Shown: piece by piece, positions 14,196 through 27,968 of the stretch
How positions within the stretch are numbered: position 1 is the stretch's first letter
Layout of the letters: every line of letters begins with the position of its first letter
Origin: Octopus vulgaris
Lineage: Eukaryota
Length of the DNA: 64,000 nt
Assembly (NCBI GenBank): GCA_951406725.2
Contig: OX597817.1
Location: 135,222,001 to 135,286,000 of the forward strand
Direction: 5' to 3'
Notes under the pieces: generated by a model
What the model was told of the DNA's origin: nothing
The model's database searches: none
What the model saw: the letters and a program-made list of their open reading frames with translations, nothing else
Position numbers and translations under genes: made by a program

Positions 14196-14394
14196 ATCAC
14201 CACTTGAATGCCTGTAGAATACACAATCATTTACATAATTACTTAATGAGTAACCAATTCTGTTAATGTAATAACTGGGATATCGACGTCGAATCTGACG
14301 GAGATCCACGTAAATTCACGCCTATTCGCACATCTATATTCGTATGAATAAAAGTCTTACACACACTTCGCACACGAATTTTAAAAAAAAAATT

Positions 14395-14548
14395 GTTTTA
14401 ATTTGGAGCACAAGGCCGTCAGTTTTACGGGGAAGTGGTTGGCTGATTATAGCGACCCCAGTGCTTATTTGGTACATTATTTGAGTGAACTCGAGAGGAG
14501 AAATGAAACGCATTTGACCTCGGTGAGAGCTGAACTCAGAACGTAATG
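14395..14548 (-). mobile_element. SINE-A fragment
   Basis: gaactcagaacgta, gacccca and ggtac motifs of the family. Confidence 0.6.
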
Positions 14549-14662
14549 CTGAAGAAGAAGAAGAAGAAGAAGAAGAAGAAGAAGAAGAAGAAGAAGAAGA
14601 AGAAGAAGAAGAAGAAGAAGAAGAAGAAGAAGAAGAAGAAGAAGAAGAAGAAGAAGAAGAAG
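14548..14662 (+). repeat. (GAA)n microsatellite
   Basis: Uninterrupted gaa run of about 110 nt. Confidence 0.95.
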
Positions 14663-14820
14663 ATTCCATGTGCACGACGAGTGTCGTAGAGGACCTTTAA
14701 CCTGGAGAGGATAATTAAATGCTGTGTTTCAATATATGCTTTATTTATAAAGAGTGGCGACCCTTACAACGTTGAACCTTTGTACATTTTGGAAGTTTCC
14801 AGATATATATATATATCTAG

Positions 14821-14873
14821 CAAAAACAACTGTCCGATGAACGGCAACGGGAAACTCAGAGTAACAGGTTTTG
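14821..14873 (+). ncRNA. Type I hammerhead motif (U4C core variant)
   Basis: caaaaac aa ctgt CCGATGA a cg gcaa cg g GAA ACTC a GAGT A acag gttttg: extended stem I, GCAA-capped stem II, GUA site. Confidence 0.65.
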
Positions 14874-14969
14874 TTGAATTTGCTGCTGCTTTAAATAAAG
14901 CATATTACTCTACCACTGGTATTTGAGTACTCTTTTTTCCACCTTGTTTCACATTTATGTGTTTACTCC

Positions 14970-15004
<35 letters not shown>

Positions 15005-15007
<3 letters not shown>

Positions 15008-15195
15008 ATCCAAACTAGAAAGCACAAAAAAGCACAACAACGCGAGGACGTGGAACAAATATAGTATTATTGGACAAGAAGGAAAGAAGGAGGGTTTAAC
15101 GTTTCGAGCAGATCTCTTCGTCGGAAACATAGGAGAAGGAAAGATCCAGAGAAGGGAAGACAGGGGGAAAAAATCGCCAACGGTACACACGAGGT
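15005..15195 (-). mobile_element. Family H1 repeat with HHR at 15094-15128
   Basis: Minus strand gttt CCGACGA a gaga tct gctc GAAAC GTT aaac; flanked by (TA)n on both sides. Confidence 0.85.
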
Positions 15196-15196
15196 C

Positions 15197-15230
<34 letters not shown>

Positions 15231-15611
15231 GAGCCAAGTGATTTTTCTAGCAAATGATTAAATCCAGTGAATGAAACAAGTAAAAGATAGAAGTATATAT
15301 ATATATATATAGTGTAGGTATCAGTTAGAGGACTTTAATAAATTTAAGGGGTAATTAAATCCAACGTTGCTCCTGGTTATTACTTGAATAGGTACAGTCT
15401 TTTGTAAAGTTGTACGCTAGCAGGTAGTTCGGTTGGTAGACCGTAGTTTAGGTTATATACGAGAAGAAAATGGATATTTTTTTTTCTTGTTTCAACTCAG
15501 AGCTGCGGCCATGCTGATGCACCGCCGTTTATGTATATGTATATTTCAGAAAAAAATTTATCAAAAGTGGCAGCATATTAGAATATCTTTAAAGGTTAAA
15601 ATTATAAAAAC

Positions 15612-15956
15612 CTTATAAATAAGGGCAAAAGAAAAATTATTTCCATGCCAATATGCTGATAACGGGCGTTAAATCGTCAATTTCCCCATTTCATTATACA
15701 TTCATTATAAATACGCGTTGTGCTGAAATCGAGGAAAGCTAGCCAACAGAATATTTTTTTTAATTCTTTATTTCTATATTAAATCAATTTTGGGATTAAT
15801 CCTATAGATTCTTCAGTAGAAAATAGTAGTTTTCCTCGATTTCAGCACAACGTGTATTTATAGTGAATGTATAATGAAATGTGGAAATTGACGATTTAAA
15901 GTCTGTTATCAGCATATTGGCATGGAAATAATTTTCCTTTTGCCCTTGTTTATAAG
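15612..15956. mobile_element. Foldback/MITE with ~130-bp inverted arms
   Basis: 15612-15741 is the near reverse complement of 15827-15956 (cttataaataagggcaaaag versus cttttgcccttgtttataag). Confidence 0.85.
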
Positions 15957-15959
15957 TTT

Positions 15960-16009
<50 letters not shown>

Positions 16010-18301
16010 CTTGCCTCAAGTCTTTCACTCCACACACGCCAGCTCAACTTGATTCGTCTCTATTAGTCGAAAGATACCTGTTGTTATTTTCTTGTTGTTT
16101 TTATTTGTAACTGAGTGACGTTTTCTACGTCTTTTTCGTATTTATTTTGTTTTGTTATTCTGTTATTGTTGTCGTACACATTCGCTTGCTTTCTCTCAAA
16201 ATATTTGATGCTCTTAGCTTAGATTTTCGGGGCCACCCAGATCTGAAAGGTCTCAAGTGTAACCGGCTGAAACTGTAAAGAGATTCAGGAAACTTGATTG
16301 AGGAGAGAGGGCGCGTCCTTGTTTTGTCCTGTCCGTCTGAAACCATTAAAACAATATACGTGCATAATCGCATACACATACACACATACACACATACACA
16401 CACACATATTTATATTCACTGTTATAACCATACACACACATACACCCAGTTACATACACACAAAGCGTGTGTGTGTGTGTGAATTTGTGTAGCCGTGTGT
16501 TCTAGCATTATCTTTATATATGTTTATGTGTGTCTTTGTACAATCTCTGTGTGTGTGGTTGCCTATATGCGAGTGTGCTCATGTTTGAGTGTCTCTATAT
16601 GTAATTTTGTTCCTCTGTGTATCCAAGTTGCTTTTCCTGTGTGCGTGTGCGTGTGCGTGTGCGTGTGGGCGTGTGTATGCGTGTGCATGTAAATATATTC
16701 TGTGTGTACGTGTGCCTATGTGTATCTGTGTGCTTGCGTGTATATGTGTGTGCACGAGTGTGTGTGTGTGTGTGTATTAACATTCCTCATGTCAAAACCT
16801 AAAACCCACAACGAATCCAGACGCGGCTTCCGTAGTTTTTGTTCAAATTTTCTTTCCTTTCTCTTTTATCGTTTTTCTTTCTTTCTTTCTTTCTTTCCTT
16901 TTTGCTTTATTTATTTTTTTCAAAAATCTGAGAAGATTTTTTTTCTTTTCAGAAGCAATATTTGATCTTGTAGTCAATAACAGCCACACAAGGATGTGGT
17001 GGTGGGGGTGGGGGAGATAGCAAGGGACGCGGTGGTCGTGGGATTGAGGAAAGAGGGGGAGAAAGGAAAAGGAGAGAAAGAAAGGAAGAGGAACAGAGGA
17101 GTGGATGAGAACGGAGAGAAAGAGAGGGGGACGAGTGAGTGTATGTGTGAATGAAGGAGTGAGGGGGAAATAAGAGAGAAACAAGGGAGAGAATGAGGAA
17201 CAGAGAGAGAGAGAATGAGATTAAAGCAGGAATTAAGATTAATAAAGAAATAAATAAGAAGGGAAGGCATGACAAGATTGAATGTAAAGGAGAAAGAGAT
17301 AGAGAAAAGGAGAGGGTGAGTGAGTGAGAGAGAGAGAGAGAGAGAGAAAGAAAAGATATGGATGAGGGAGGAAAGAATAAGGATTGGGCTGAAGGAAAAG
17401 GAAGAATATTGGACGAGAAGATGGCGAAGAAAAGAGGAAGAAGAAGAACAAGAAGAAAAAGAAACACGAGAAAGAGAAAAGATGAAGAAGAAAAGGAAGA
17501 GAAGAAAAACAAGACAGAGAAGAAGAGGAAGAAGAAGAGGAGGGGAAGAAGTAGAGGGAGATGAGGAGAAGCAGGAGGGGTTGAGAAGGAGAAGGAGGAT
17601 TAAGCAGAGAAGGCAGATGATGAAGATAAAGAGAAAGATGGAGTATGAGGCGGAGATAGAAAAATAGGAGAAAAGGATAAGTTAATGAGGAAGAAAGGAA
17701 ATATGAATGAAAGAATACAGAAAAATGAAAGGGTGCGAGGGGGAGAGAGAGTAGGGGGAGACAACCCCTCTTAATTTAATTACTAACTAAACCTTTAGAG
17801 TTGAGAGCAATGTGATATGAAATAGCATACACATACACACACATAGCCATATATAACCGCAAATACATATAAGCATATATGCACACACACACACACACAC
17901 ACATTCGCACATATAAACAACCATAAAAATCACGCATTTACGCAAAGATGTTTTACCACCAACACTCACACATCGGCATACACATACATGGACACACACG
18001 CACCCATGCAATTACGAAAACACAGACACAGATGTAAATATGCACAAACATATAAATTCACCCACACAATCACGTACACACATGTATACGCACACACACA
18101 CACACACACACACATTAAATAAAATAATTTAAAAATTAAATAAACGCAAAACGAAAAGCAATTTTGTCATCGTTACGAATTAATCATTGAAAAGCGACGC
18201 TGAAGGCACATTTTGTCGTTGATTAAAATACCAATATCTAATAATGAGTGGCCGATATTGGAGAGAGCACGCGTGTGTGTGTTTCTGTTAATGCGTGTAT
18301 G

Positions 18302-18392
<91 letters not shown>

Positions 18393-18594
18393 GTGTTCGT
18401 ATTGCTCACAGTCCTTTGCAGAATATATGTTGTAACTCTGAGTTTCATGGATAACTAATTAATAAGTTAATTAATTAATTAATCGAGAATGGATATCAGA
18501 GTTATGTGTATTCTATAAGAGACTGTATCACTATATATGTGTATACGAATACATTCATATATATATATATATGCGTGTGTTTGTGTGTATGAAT

Positions 18595-18678
<84 letters not shown>

Positions 18679-18679
18679 G

Positions 18680-18764
<85 letters not shown>

Positions 18765-18904
18765 TTATACGTTGGTTTAAAACGGATGAATTAGAGAGAA
18801 GAGCTTAACATATGTTATAAACAATATGGGATTTACGATATAGAATGTATGTATGTATGAATGTATGTATGTACATTTGCCATGCTGGACTACGTTTTTA
18901 TCAT

Positions 18905-19060
18905 TCTCTCTGTCTCTATTTATTTTCTCTTGTTCCTTTCTGTAGAAGAGGGTAGGCTCGAAACGTAAAAGACTTTTTCATTTGCCCGAGCGTCAAACTA
19001 ATACATTTGCTTGTTGTTCCTACACATGTCTTCGTCTTTCTTTTTCTATAAATTTGAACT
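18905..19060 (+). mobile_element. Family H2 repeat with HHR-like motif at 18936-18971
   Basis: cttt CTGTAGA a gagg gtag gctc GAAAC GTA aaag. Confidence 0.8.
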
Positions 19061-19067
19061 ATGTATG

Positions 19068-19138
<71 letters not shown>

Positions 19139-19173
19139 GTGTGTATACATACATAAATACATACACACGCACG

Positions 19174-19221
<48 letters not shown>

Positions 19222-19239
19222 AACATAGTGAGAATTTGC

Positions 19240-19365
19240 GAAAAAAGAACGAAAAACGGGTATGTAAACAACAAACAGGTGTATTAGTTTTACGCTCGGG
19301 AAGTAAGAAAGTCTTTTACGTTTCGAGCCTACGCTCTTCAACAGAAAGGGACACAGAAATAACGA
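19240..19365 (-). mobile_element. Family H2 repeat with HHR-like motif at 19313-19348
   Basis: Minus strand cttt CTGTTGA a gagc gtag gctc GAAAC GTA aaag. Confidence 0.8.
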
Positions 19366-19439
19366 AGTGTTATGAAGTAGAGACAGGATTAAATTAGTGC
19401 GACCACGTGAGCGAATAATATATATATATATAGATATAC

Positions 19440-19528
<89 letters not shown>

Positions 19529-19555
19529 TTTGCAGATGCATATATATGTATATAT

Positions 19556-19619
<64 letters not shown>

Positions 19620-19623
19620 CAGA

Positions 19624-19700
<77 letters not shown>

Positions 19701-19949
19701 AAGTGTGTGTCTGCTTTTTTGTCCATGTAACTTATAATATATGAATGTTTTGGAGATACTCATTAGACCACAATCTGCATTCTTCTCAACTCTTCTGGGG
19801 TGGATTTTGGCAAAATAAACCATTATCGTTTTCGTTAGGTTCCATAAGTCGATCGACGGGAGTTGTTTCCCATGAATAATACAATGAAATCTCGATAATT
19901 ATTAGGAAACGATGCGCAAATGATTTACAGAACAAAGATAGGAAATAAG

Positions 19950-20365
19950 GACTTAATAGAATAAGAGCAAAAGCAAACAGATTCATAAATTTTACAAAGC
20001 ATCAGAGAAGGGATGAACGTAACGTGTACGGATGCACTTTTTCGCTATGCAAAGTTTGCATCTTTATTTTCATATTTGCAAGGCTTCCATCGTTCAATAA
20101 TATTCCAGTTGATGTTTTAATTGGGGGGCTTTTCTTTCTGTTCCCAAATATAGACAGCTAATTTTGTTGCCTTTCATGTAGAAGTACTAACGCATGTCTA
20201 AATGTCTTGCAATGCAAAAGCTATGATTTATGAAGTTGAAGTTCCATAAATTCGAAACTCGAAAGTGGTTTGTGCATGCAAATGCTAAATGGGCATCACC
20301 GAAGGGAAGTTCAATCAAATATTCTACAACCTTCATTTTCTTTTTACGCTCATCGATACGAGAAC
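19950..20365. mobile_element. Decayed PLE GIY-YIG endonuclease split into two inverted halves
   Basis: Plus 20180-20365: AKAMIYEVEV..MGITEGKFNQIFYN. Minus 20178 downward: ATKLAVYIWEQK..INWNIIE..KP..CKLCIAKK. Confidence 0.7.
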
Positions 20366-20744
20366 TTTGATAAAATTAGTTGACTGCATCAGGTAATTAA
20401 CAGAAAAAACTTCCAATTACAACATAATCAAATAAAAAATTAACAAAAGATCAAAGATTCACAAGAATGGAAATAAAGGAGGAGATATTTGCAAGCAGCG
20501 AAACGTCCTCAAAAGCTTTACACCAAAAAGTTCCCTATTTTAAAAATTAAATCAGAACTTCTCTAGAAGTGTAGGAATTTCGAGGAGTATTTATTACATA
20601 ACTTGTCCATACCGCTTTATGACTAACACTATACGCACAAACAAATGAACACACACACTCATATAGCTATGGGCATCTATACTCGCACGAGCTTCAATCA
20701 TCACTTTGCTTTCCCTTTCTTTTTCTTTTCTCTTTTCTATATAC

Positions 20745-21058
20745 GTAGGTGTGCGGTAAGAAGTTTGCTTCCCAGCACATGGTTCCGGGTTCAGTCCCAT
20801 TGCGTGACTCCTTGGGCAAATGTCTTCTACTCTAGCTTCGGACCGACCAATGCCTTGTGAGTGGATATGGTTGATGAAACGGTTTGACAACCGGTGCTGG
20901 TGTGTTTACGTCCCCGTAATTGAACGGTCTGGCAAGAGACCGATAGTATAAGTACCAGGCTTTTAAAAAATAAATATTGGGGCGGATATATTCGACTAAA
21001 CATTCTTCAAGGTGGTGCCCCAGGATGACCGCAATCAAATGACTGAAACAAGTAAAAG
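20745..21058 (+). mobile_element. SINE-B, head plus 3' module
   Basis: ggtaagaagtttgcttccc..ggttccgggttcagtccc through gactgaaacaagtaaaag. Confidence 0.85.
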
Positions 21059-21655
21059 TACATACATAAATACATACATACATACATACATATAGACATA
21101 CATACATACATACATACATACATACATACATACATACATACATACATACATACATACATACATACATCTATTTTCCCTTCTTTTGCAAATTATTTTTGAT
21201 TTATTAAATTTTCCCAATAATTCTCTGAATATTATTGTGCTGTTAAGAGGAAACAACACATTTCTATTAATTATAATTTTTGTACCTTATGTAAATACAA
21301 ATAAATGCCAAACGCAAAAAAAGTTACCGGAAATCATTGTACATGCCAGTGAAGTTCATCAGGGTGTTTGCCTTTGTTGGCAAAATGGTGAACCTCACAG
21401 TACAATAATATCTGTGTGTGTGTGTGCATGTATGCAGGTATGTATGTATGTATGTATGTATGTATGTATGTATGTATGTATGTATGTATGTACGTACGTA
21501 TCTATACACATGAAGCGATTACAAAGCCTCTCCCGAATAACTTCCTTCCATGATCTTATTAGGAATTAATTGCTATTATTGACACTTTGGTAATTGGTAT
21601 ATTTTCTTAAATAATTTTAATGGCTTGATGTAGTGGATATGACGTTGTGTTCATG

Positions 21656-21812
21656 GGCGTGGGTACAGTTGTGTGGTAAGCAGTTTGCTTCCCAACCAAT
21701 GGTTCAAGGTTCAATCCCACGGCGTAGCTGGCCTGATCTTATACTATAGCCTCTAGGTCAACTAACGGTTTGAGTGTGGATTTTGTAGACGGAGACTGAG
21801 ATAAACCTGTCA
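21656..21812 (+). mobile_element. SINE-B head
   Basis: gtgtggtaag..tttgcttcccaacc..ggttcaatcccac. Confidence 0.7.
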
Positions 21813-22145
21813 CATATATACGTGGGTGGCTGTCTTTGTGTTTATCCACCGGCACATGGGAAAAGCATGAATATCGTATCATCACCTTTCCAATACTTTA
21901 GCCAGCTGGTGTGAAGAGAGTCAATATTTTCTAGTCTGTTTTACCTTCATTTCTCTGTTATTTGTCTATTTCTATGAAAATTCTTATCTAACAGATGACT
22001 TATGAGCCACATATTCCGGGTCTGAGCTTCCCGAATTTTATTAAAGCAGGACAACATTATCCATCACGTCTTTTATTAAGAGAGGTGGTTGTAATGAGAC
22101 GGATATTAAGCTGCTAATTCTAGCAAATTGAGTGATCGAATAGAT

Positions 22146-22379
22146 CAGTGGTTGTCAACAGGGGTCAACGTGATCCTTGCAGATTCATTTAAGATTTTGC
22201 CGTTGAAGTTTATGTGAAATAAATTTATCATATTTCTTCAATAAATAAGATATTTTAACATTTTTTAAATACAATTCCTAATATTTTATTCTAAAAACAC
22301 AAGCTCTTTTAAGGATCGAATGACCGATTAAAATAGAAACAAAAGGGGTCCATTGGCAAAAAATGCTTGAGAGCTACTG
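22146..22379. mobile_element. hAT-type MITE
   Basis: Termini cagtggttgtcaac and ttgagagctactg; 8-bp TSD gaatagat/gcatagat. Confidence 0.8.
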
Positions 22380-22497
22380 GCATAGATGCCCCCCTTCCCC
22401 AATCCTTGCCTGATTCGTGCCAAATTTATACGAAATGTCTTTAACTAGCCCAACATACTAAAATATCATCAGTACCTCATGAACCAATCTAAATTTA

Positions 22498-22705
22498 AGG
22501 CGGAGAGCTGGAAGAATCATTAGAGCGTCGAACAAAATGCTTAGCAGCGTTTCATCTGGCTCATTAAGTTCTCAGATCTAATTTCACCAAAATCGACTTT
22601 GTCTTTCATTCTTTCAGGATCGATAGAAATAAGTACCAATTAAACAGTAATGTTGATGCAATCGCCTGACACCTTCCCGCTGAAATTGCTGGCCTGGAAT
22701 CTAAA
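22498..22705 (+). mobile_element. SINE-A, diverged
   Basis: ggcggagagctggaagaatcattag..tcgactttgtctttcattcttt. Confidence 0.75.
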
Positions 22706-23114
22706 ATAAATGGATTCCCACTGTAAAGATAGCTGCTTTTTAATTTAATTTTTTCTTCAATTTTGTTGACAAAATGATGCCATTCAGATATCAACCTAGC
22801 ATTACAAAAATGCACGATTTTAATTTCTGTTCAGAATTACGAGACGGAAATAAAGCCTCGTTTTAAGGTTGCTGTGATATTTATTTCTTTAAAACAACTT
22901 TAAAACGACATTAAATTTTTAAGCTAAAAAAACAAAATAGACATTTATTTTACGTCAGCAACAACAAGAAAGATGACAGCCGCAACGATAAAATACGTTC
23001 AAATAAAGCAAATGATTGATTGAGCAAGTAATGTTAAGATAATACTTCAGAAACTGCTTCGATTTTCAAATTTTAATAAGGAAAAACACCTCTGTAGAAT
23101 GAGAGCCAATATGA

Positions 23115-23240
23115 ACAGGTGTGCGTGTGTGGTAAGAAGCTTGCTTCCCAACCAGATGGCTCCGGGTTCAGTCCCACTGCGTAGCTGCCTTCAGCAAGTG
23201 AAGAGTCTACTATAACCTCGGGCCGAGACAAAGCCTTGTG
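23115..23240 (+). mobile_element. SINE-B head
   Basis: gtgtggtaagaagcttgcttcccaacc..gggttcagtcccactgcgt. Confidence 0.8.
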
Positions 23241-23241
23241 A

Positions 23242-23301
<60 letters not shown>

Positions 23302-23809
23302 AAAAAAGAATGAATGAATGAATGAAAACAAGAAGCCGCAGTTGACAGAAGACTGAAACTGACATGCTGTGGTGAAGATGACAAAAGTTACATGGTCGAT
23401 GGAGGTCAAATACATGACACGTGGTCACACGCACACACTCTCACATCTCTTTTGTCCACAACACCCGTACATACACCCAGAGACATACCCGCACTTTCCC
23501 TGGAAGGATGAATAAAGGGCAAACAGTTGGTAGTGGGGAGGAAAAAGAAGTCGTAGGTTTAGACAGCCACGTGTATATATATGCATGTGTGTGTGTCTAC
23601 ATGTATGTCCGGTATGTGTGTGGGTGTGTGTACATGTATGTCCGGTATGTGCGTGCGCGTGTGTGTGTGTGTGTCTACATGTATGTACGGTATGCGTGTT
23701 ATATATATAATAATAATAATGTTGACTCTTTACCCTGGGTAGCAAAAGTATACTTTCCAAAGTGAGCGTCATATAACTCACTAGTTTCATAATAATACTC
23801 TTGTTTAAG

Positions 23810-24172
23810 GGTGGCGATGTGGCAGAATCGTTAGCACGCCGGACGAAATGCTTAGCGGTACCTCGTCTGCCGTTACGTTCTGGGTTCAAATTCCGCCAAG
23901 GTCGACTTTGCCTTTCATCCTTTCGGGATCGATTAAATAAGTACCAGTTACACACTGGGGTCGATATAATTGACTTAATCCGTTTGTCTGTCCTTGTTTA
24001 TCCTCTCTGTGTTTAGCCCCTTGTGGGTAGTAAAGAAATAGGTATCTCGTCTGCCGTGACGTCGATTAAATAAGTACTAGTTACGCACTGGGGTCGATGT
24101 AATCGACTGAATCCCTTTTTCTGTCCTTATTTATCCCCTCTATGTTTAGCCTCCTGTGGGCAATAAAGAAAT
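23810..24172 (+). mobile_element. SINE-A with tandemly duplicated 3' part
   Basis: Full copy to 24040, then a second ggtatctcgtctgccg..caataaagaa tail. Confidence 0.85.
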
Positions 24173-24266
24173 GAATGATACTCTTGTTTAGAGAATGTTT
24201 TTACTTTCTTAACTGATCGAATGCTGTACTACTTTTTGAACGTCATACTACGCGTAGGTATGCATG

Positions 24267-24305
<39 letters not shown>

Positions 24306-24351
24306 ATGTATGTATGTATGTATGTATGTATGTATGTATGTATGTATGTAC

Positions 24352-24418
<67 letters not shown>

Positions 24419-24444
24419 ATTCCCTTCCGGTCATTTCAATATGT

Positions 24445-24612
24445 GACCGCGTGTGTATCATTGGCGATTTTCTTTCCCCGTCTTCCCTTTTTGGGACTTT
24501 TTCTATATTTCTGATGAAGAGCTCTGCTCGAAACGTGAAATCCTATTTTTTCTTCCTTTCCTGAGCGTTCCACGTCTTCGCGTTGTTGTTTTTTCTTGTT
24601 TGGATTGACTAT
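24445..24612 (+). mobile_element. Family H1 repeat with HHR at 24507-24541
   Basis: attt CTGATGA a gagc tct gctc GAAAC GTG aaat: canonical core, but a GUG triplet that is probably inactive. Confidence 0.85.
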
Positions 24613-24627
24613 ACACACACACATATA

Positions 24628-24663
<36 letters not shown>

Positions 24664-24669
24664 TGTACG

Positions 24670-24707
<38 letters not shown>

Positions 24708-24762
24708 CGTACATAAATACATATATATATATATATGTATATATACATGCATACATATATAT

Positions 24763-24839
<77 letters not shown>

Positions 24840-24970
24840 TATAAGATCCGGGCTACACATATTTCATAGCTAGTGAAGCCACGGAAGTGGTAAATATCCA
24901 AGCGAGGTGTATCCTTCTTGTAATCTTATTCGCACGACCGTTTAGATCACTAGTGGACTAAACTCCTCAT

Positions 24971-25011
<41 letters not shown>

Positions 25012-25050
25012 ATACGTATATGTATATATATACGCACACGCACATACACA

Positions 25051-25091
<41 letters not shown>

Positions 25092-25138
25092 CACAAATAT
25101 ATTGATAGATAGATAGACAGGTAGATAGATAGATAAAT

Positions 25139-25242
<104 letters not shown>

Positions 25243-25243
25243 G

Positions 25244-25377
<134 letters not shown>

Positions 25378-25378
25378 T

Positions 25379-25712
25379 GTTTCTTTATTAGCCACACAGG
25401 GCTGCACACAGACGGGACAAATTACAAGGTAGACCTTTTCTTTTTGGGGATAAAAAAAGGGGTTTGGTTTTCGATCAAAAGGGATCGTGAAAGGAAAGAA
25501 AGAGGAAAGCAAAAAAGGCGGGGAGTAAGAATGAAAGGAAACAGAAAAAAATCGATCAATAGGGATCATTATCACAGAAATGTCAATATAAAGTGTAAAG
25601 GGGAGAACAGGTGAGGTTTATCCGTGGAAAGAAAAGCCCACGGAAAAGACCACGGTAACCTCGGTCAATGAAGTCACATGCTATATTTTTTTTACAAATA
25701 AGCAACTCTCTG
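25379..25712 (-). mobile_element. Tx1-like LINE 3' end at (GATA)n
   Basis: Same 3' tail as 7034-7250. Confidence 0.6.
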
Positions 25713-25762
25713 TATTAATTTTTACGGTTCATAGGATCATAGTCAAGGTGGCTTCGTCGTTC

Positions 25763-25799
<37 letters not shown>

Positions 25800-25807
25800 C
25801 AGATATA

Positions 25808-25839
<32 letters not shown>

Positions 25840-25872
25840 TAGATAGACAGAGAGACAGACAGACAGACAGAC

Positions 25873-25935
<63 letters not shown>

Positions 25936-26329
25936 CACACGTGTGTGCGTGTGCGCGCGCGCGCCCGTTTATGTGTTTCGCTTTCTCAAGAAAAATAAAA
26001 CATGTTTCGTTTGTAAAATACGTTGGAAACCAAAATAAAGAGCGGCTCATATAGCAAAAGCCGGCGGCAATTTTTTCCATGTTTTACACGAACAGATTCC
26101 AATCCAGTTTGTGGAACAACAGGGCCAACCTCGTTTAGGTTCGAAGTGACGTTCAGTACGTGAGAAATGTGTTTAAAGTAGTAGAACTTGTTTGCTGACG
26201 CCGCACTTTTCTTTTCTGCTTAACTAACCGCAGCCAACAACAACAATGATGCTTACGACAGCAGCAACATCAACACAACAACAATAACAATAAGGCTAAT
26301 CTAATGTGCCAAACGTGAATATCTTTTAG

Positions 26330-26511
26330 CTTTTGTCTTTCACTTGTTTCAGTCGTTAAACTGCTGCCATACTGGAGCAATGCTTTGGAGGAATTTTCGA
26401 CGAACGAATCAACTCCAGTACTTACTTACTTTATCGGTCTCTTTTGACGAACCGCTAATTTACGGAGACGTAAACACAACCACACTGGTTGTCAAGCGGT
26501 TGTGAGGGACG

Positions 26512-26579
<68 letters not shown>

Positions 26580-26723
26580 TCGAGCTTCTTTCAGTTTCGT
26601 CTACCAAATCCACTCACAGGGCTTTGGTCGGCCCCAGGCTATTGAAGAAGACACTTTCCCAAGGTGCCACGCAGTAGGACCGAACCCGGAATCATGTGGT
26701 TAGCCTACAGCTACGCCTGCGCC
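26330..26723 (-). mobile_element. SINE-B, full composite
   Basis: Head at 26581-26723, microsatellite, 3' module at 26330-26515. Confidence 0.85.
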
Positions 26724-27588
26724 TCGTATTGTTGAGACCTTAGCTTTAATCTATGGCTCTACATAATAAACGATTGCACGTGGAGCAGATCAGATATCGC
26801 CCAGTCAGCTGATGTTGCTTCGATTTCAGAAATAACCCAGATCTAAACATGCACAATAGATAAACGTGTTAACCCTGCTTTCATCTACGAGATTTGAATC
26901 CAACTAGAATTGACCCAAATCTGCAAATATCGATTCTTCTTGTATTTTTTCCACTTCGCCAAGTTTCCATCAACGAAATATTTCTATCAGTCGCAGAACT
27001 AATAAAATAAGGTCATTCAACAAAGATTTTTTTTTCTCTTCTATTTATAAATCTCTAAGATTTTTTATAAGATTACGTAACTGATGAGAAACGAAATGTA
27101 AGATTCATTGATTTATGCAAATATTTAGATGCATTCTGATGGAAGTTTTGTATTTGTCATTCATTAACTAGATTCTGTGTCGTTGATTGGAGCTGATAGT
27201 TTTCCAAGGAAACCTGACAGGGTCTTGTTTTTATTTTCTAAGGATCAAAAGAAAAAAAGACTGAAATGTTTGAAAAGAGAAATAACTGGATTGTTGACTC
27301 GAAGATATTGACTTTCAATCAGCGATTAAGGCATGGTTGGTGTTGTTTTTTAATGACTTTAATCAGGGGGAGAAAAGCAGCGGCCATGAGCATTTTCAGT
27401 ATCTCCAGGCCTTGTAGAAGGAAGGCTGTAAGGAAAGAAGGAAAGAAGGTAGGGATGTTTTAGTTCGGAGAGAATCTTATCTACCATTCTACTCTGATGT
27501 TTCTGAAGGTCTTCCGATTATGCCCGAAGACAATGAATTCCTTGCCATTGAAGAACTCATCAAAACTCAAAACACCTAGAAAATATTT

Positions 27589-27968
27589 ATTTCTTTATTG
27601 CCCACAGGAGGCTAAACACAGAGAGGACAAACAAAGGATTAAGTCGATCGCCCCTAGTGCGTAACTGGTACTTATTTAATCGACCCCGAAAGGTTGAAAG
27701 GCAAAGTCGACCTCGGCGGAATTTGAACTCAGAACGTAAAGGCAGATGAAATACCTATTTCTTTACTACCCACAAGAGAGGACAAACAAAGACAGACAAA
27801 CGGATTAAGTCGATTATATCTACCCCAGTGCGTAACTGGTACTTATTTAATCGCCCCCGAAAGGATGAAAGGCAAAGTCGACCTCGGCGGAATTTGAACT
27901 CAGAACGGCAATAGAAATACCGTTAAGCATTTCGCCCGGAGTGCTAACGATTCTCCCAGCTCGCCGCC
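27589..27968 (-). mobile_element. SINE-A with tandemly duplicated 3' part
   Basis: Two consecutive ggcaaagtcgacctcggcggaatttgaactcagaacg blocks; same layout as 23810-24172. Confidence 0.88.

Noticed and set aside
16949-17760. Purine-rich region giving several ORFs
   Set aside because: GA/GAA low-complexity sequence only.
24841-24970. Possible decayed HHR repeat between (TA)n tracts
   Set aside because: GAAA..GUA is present on the minus strand, but no CUGANGA or consistent stems could be parsed.
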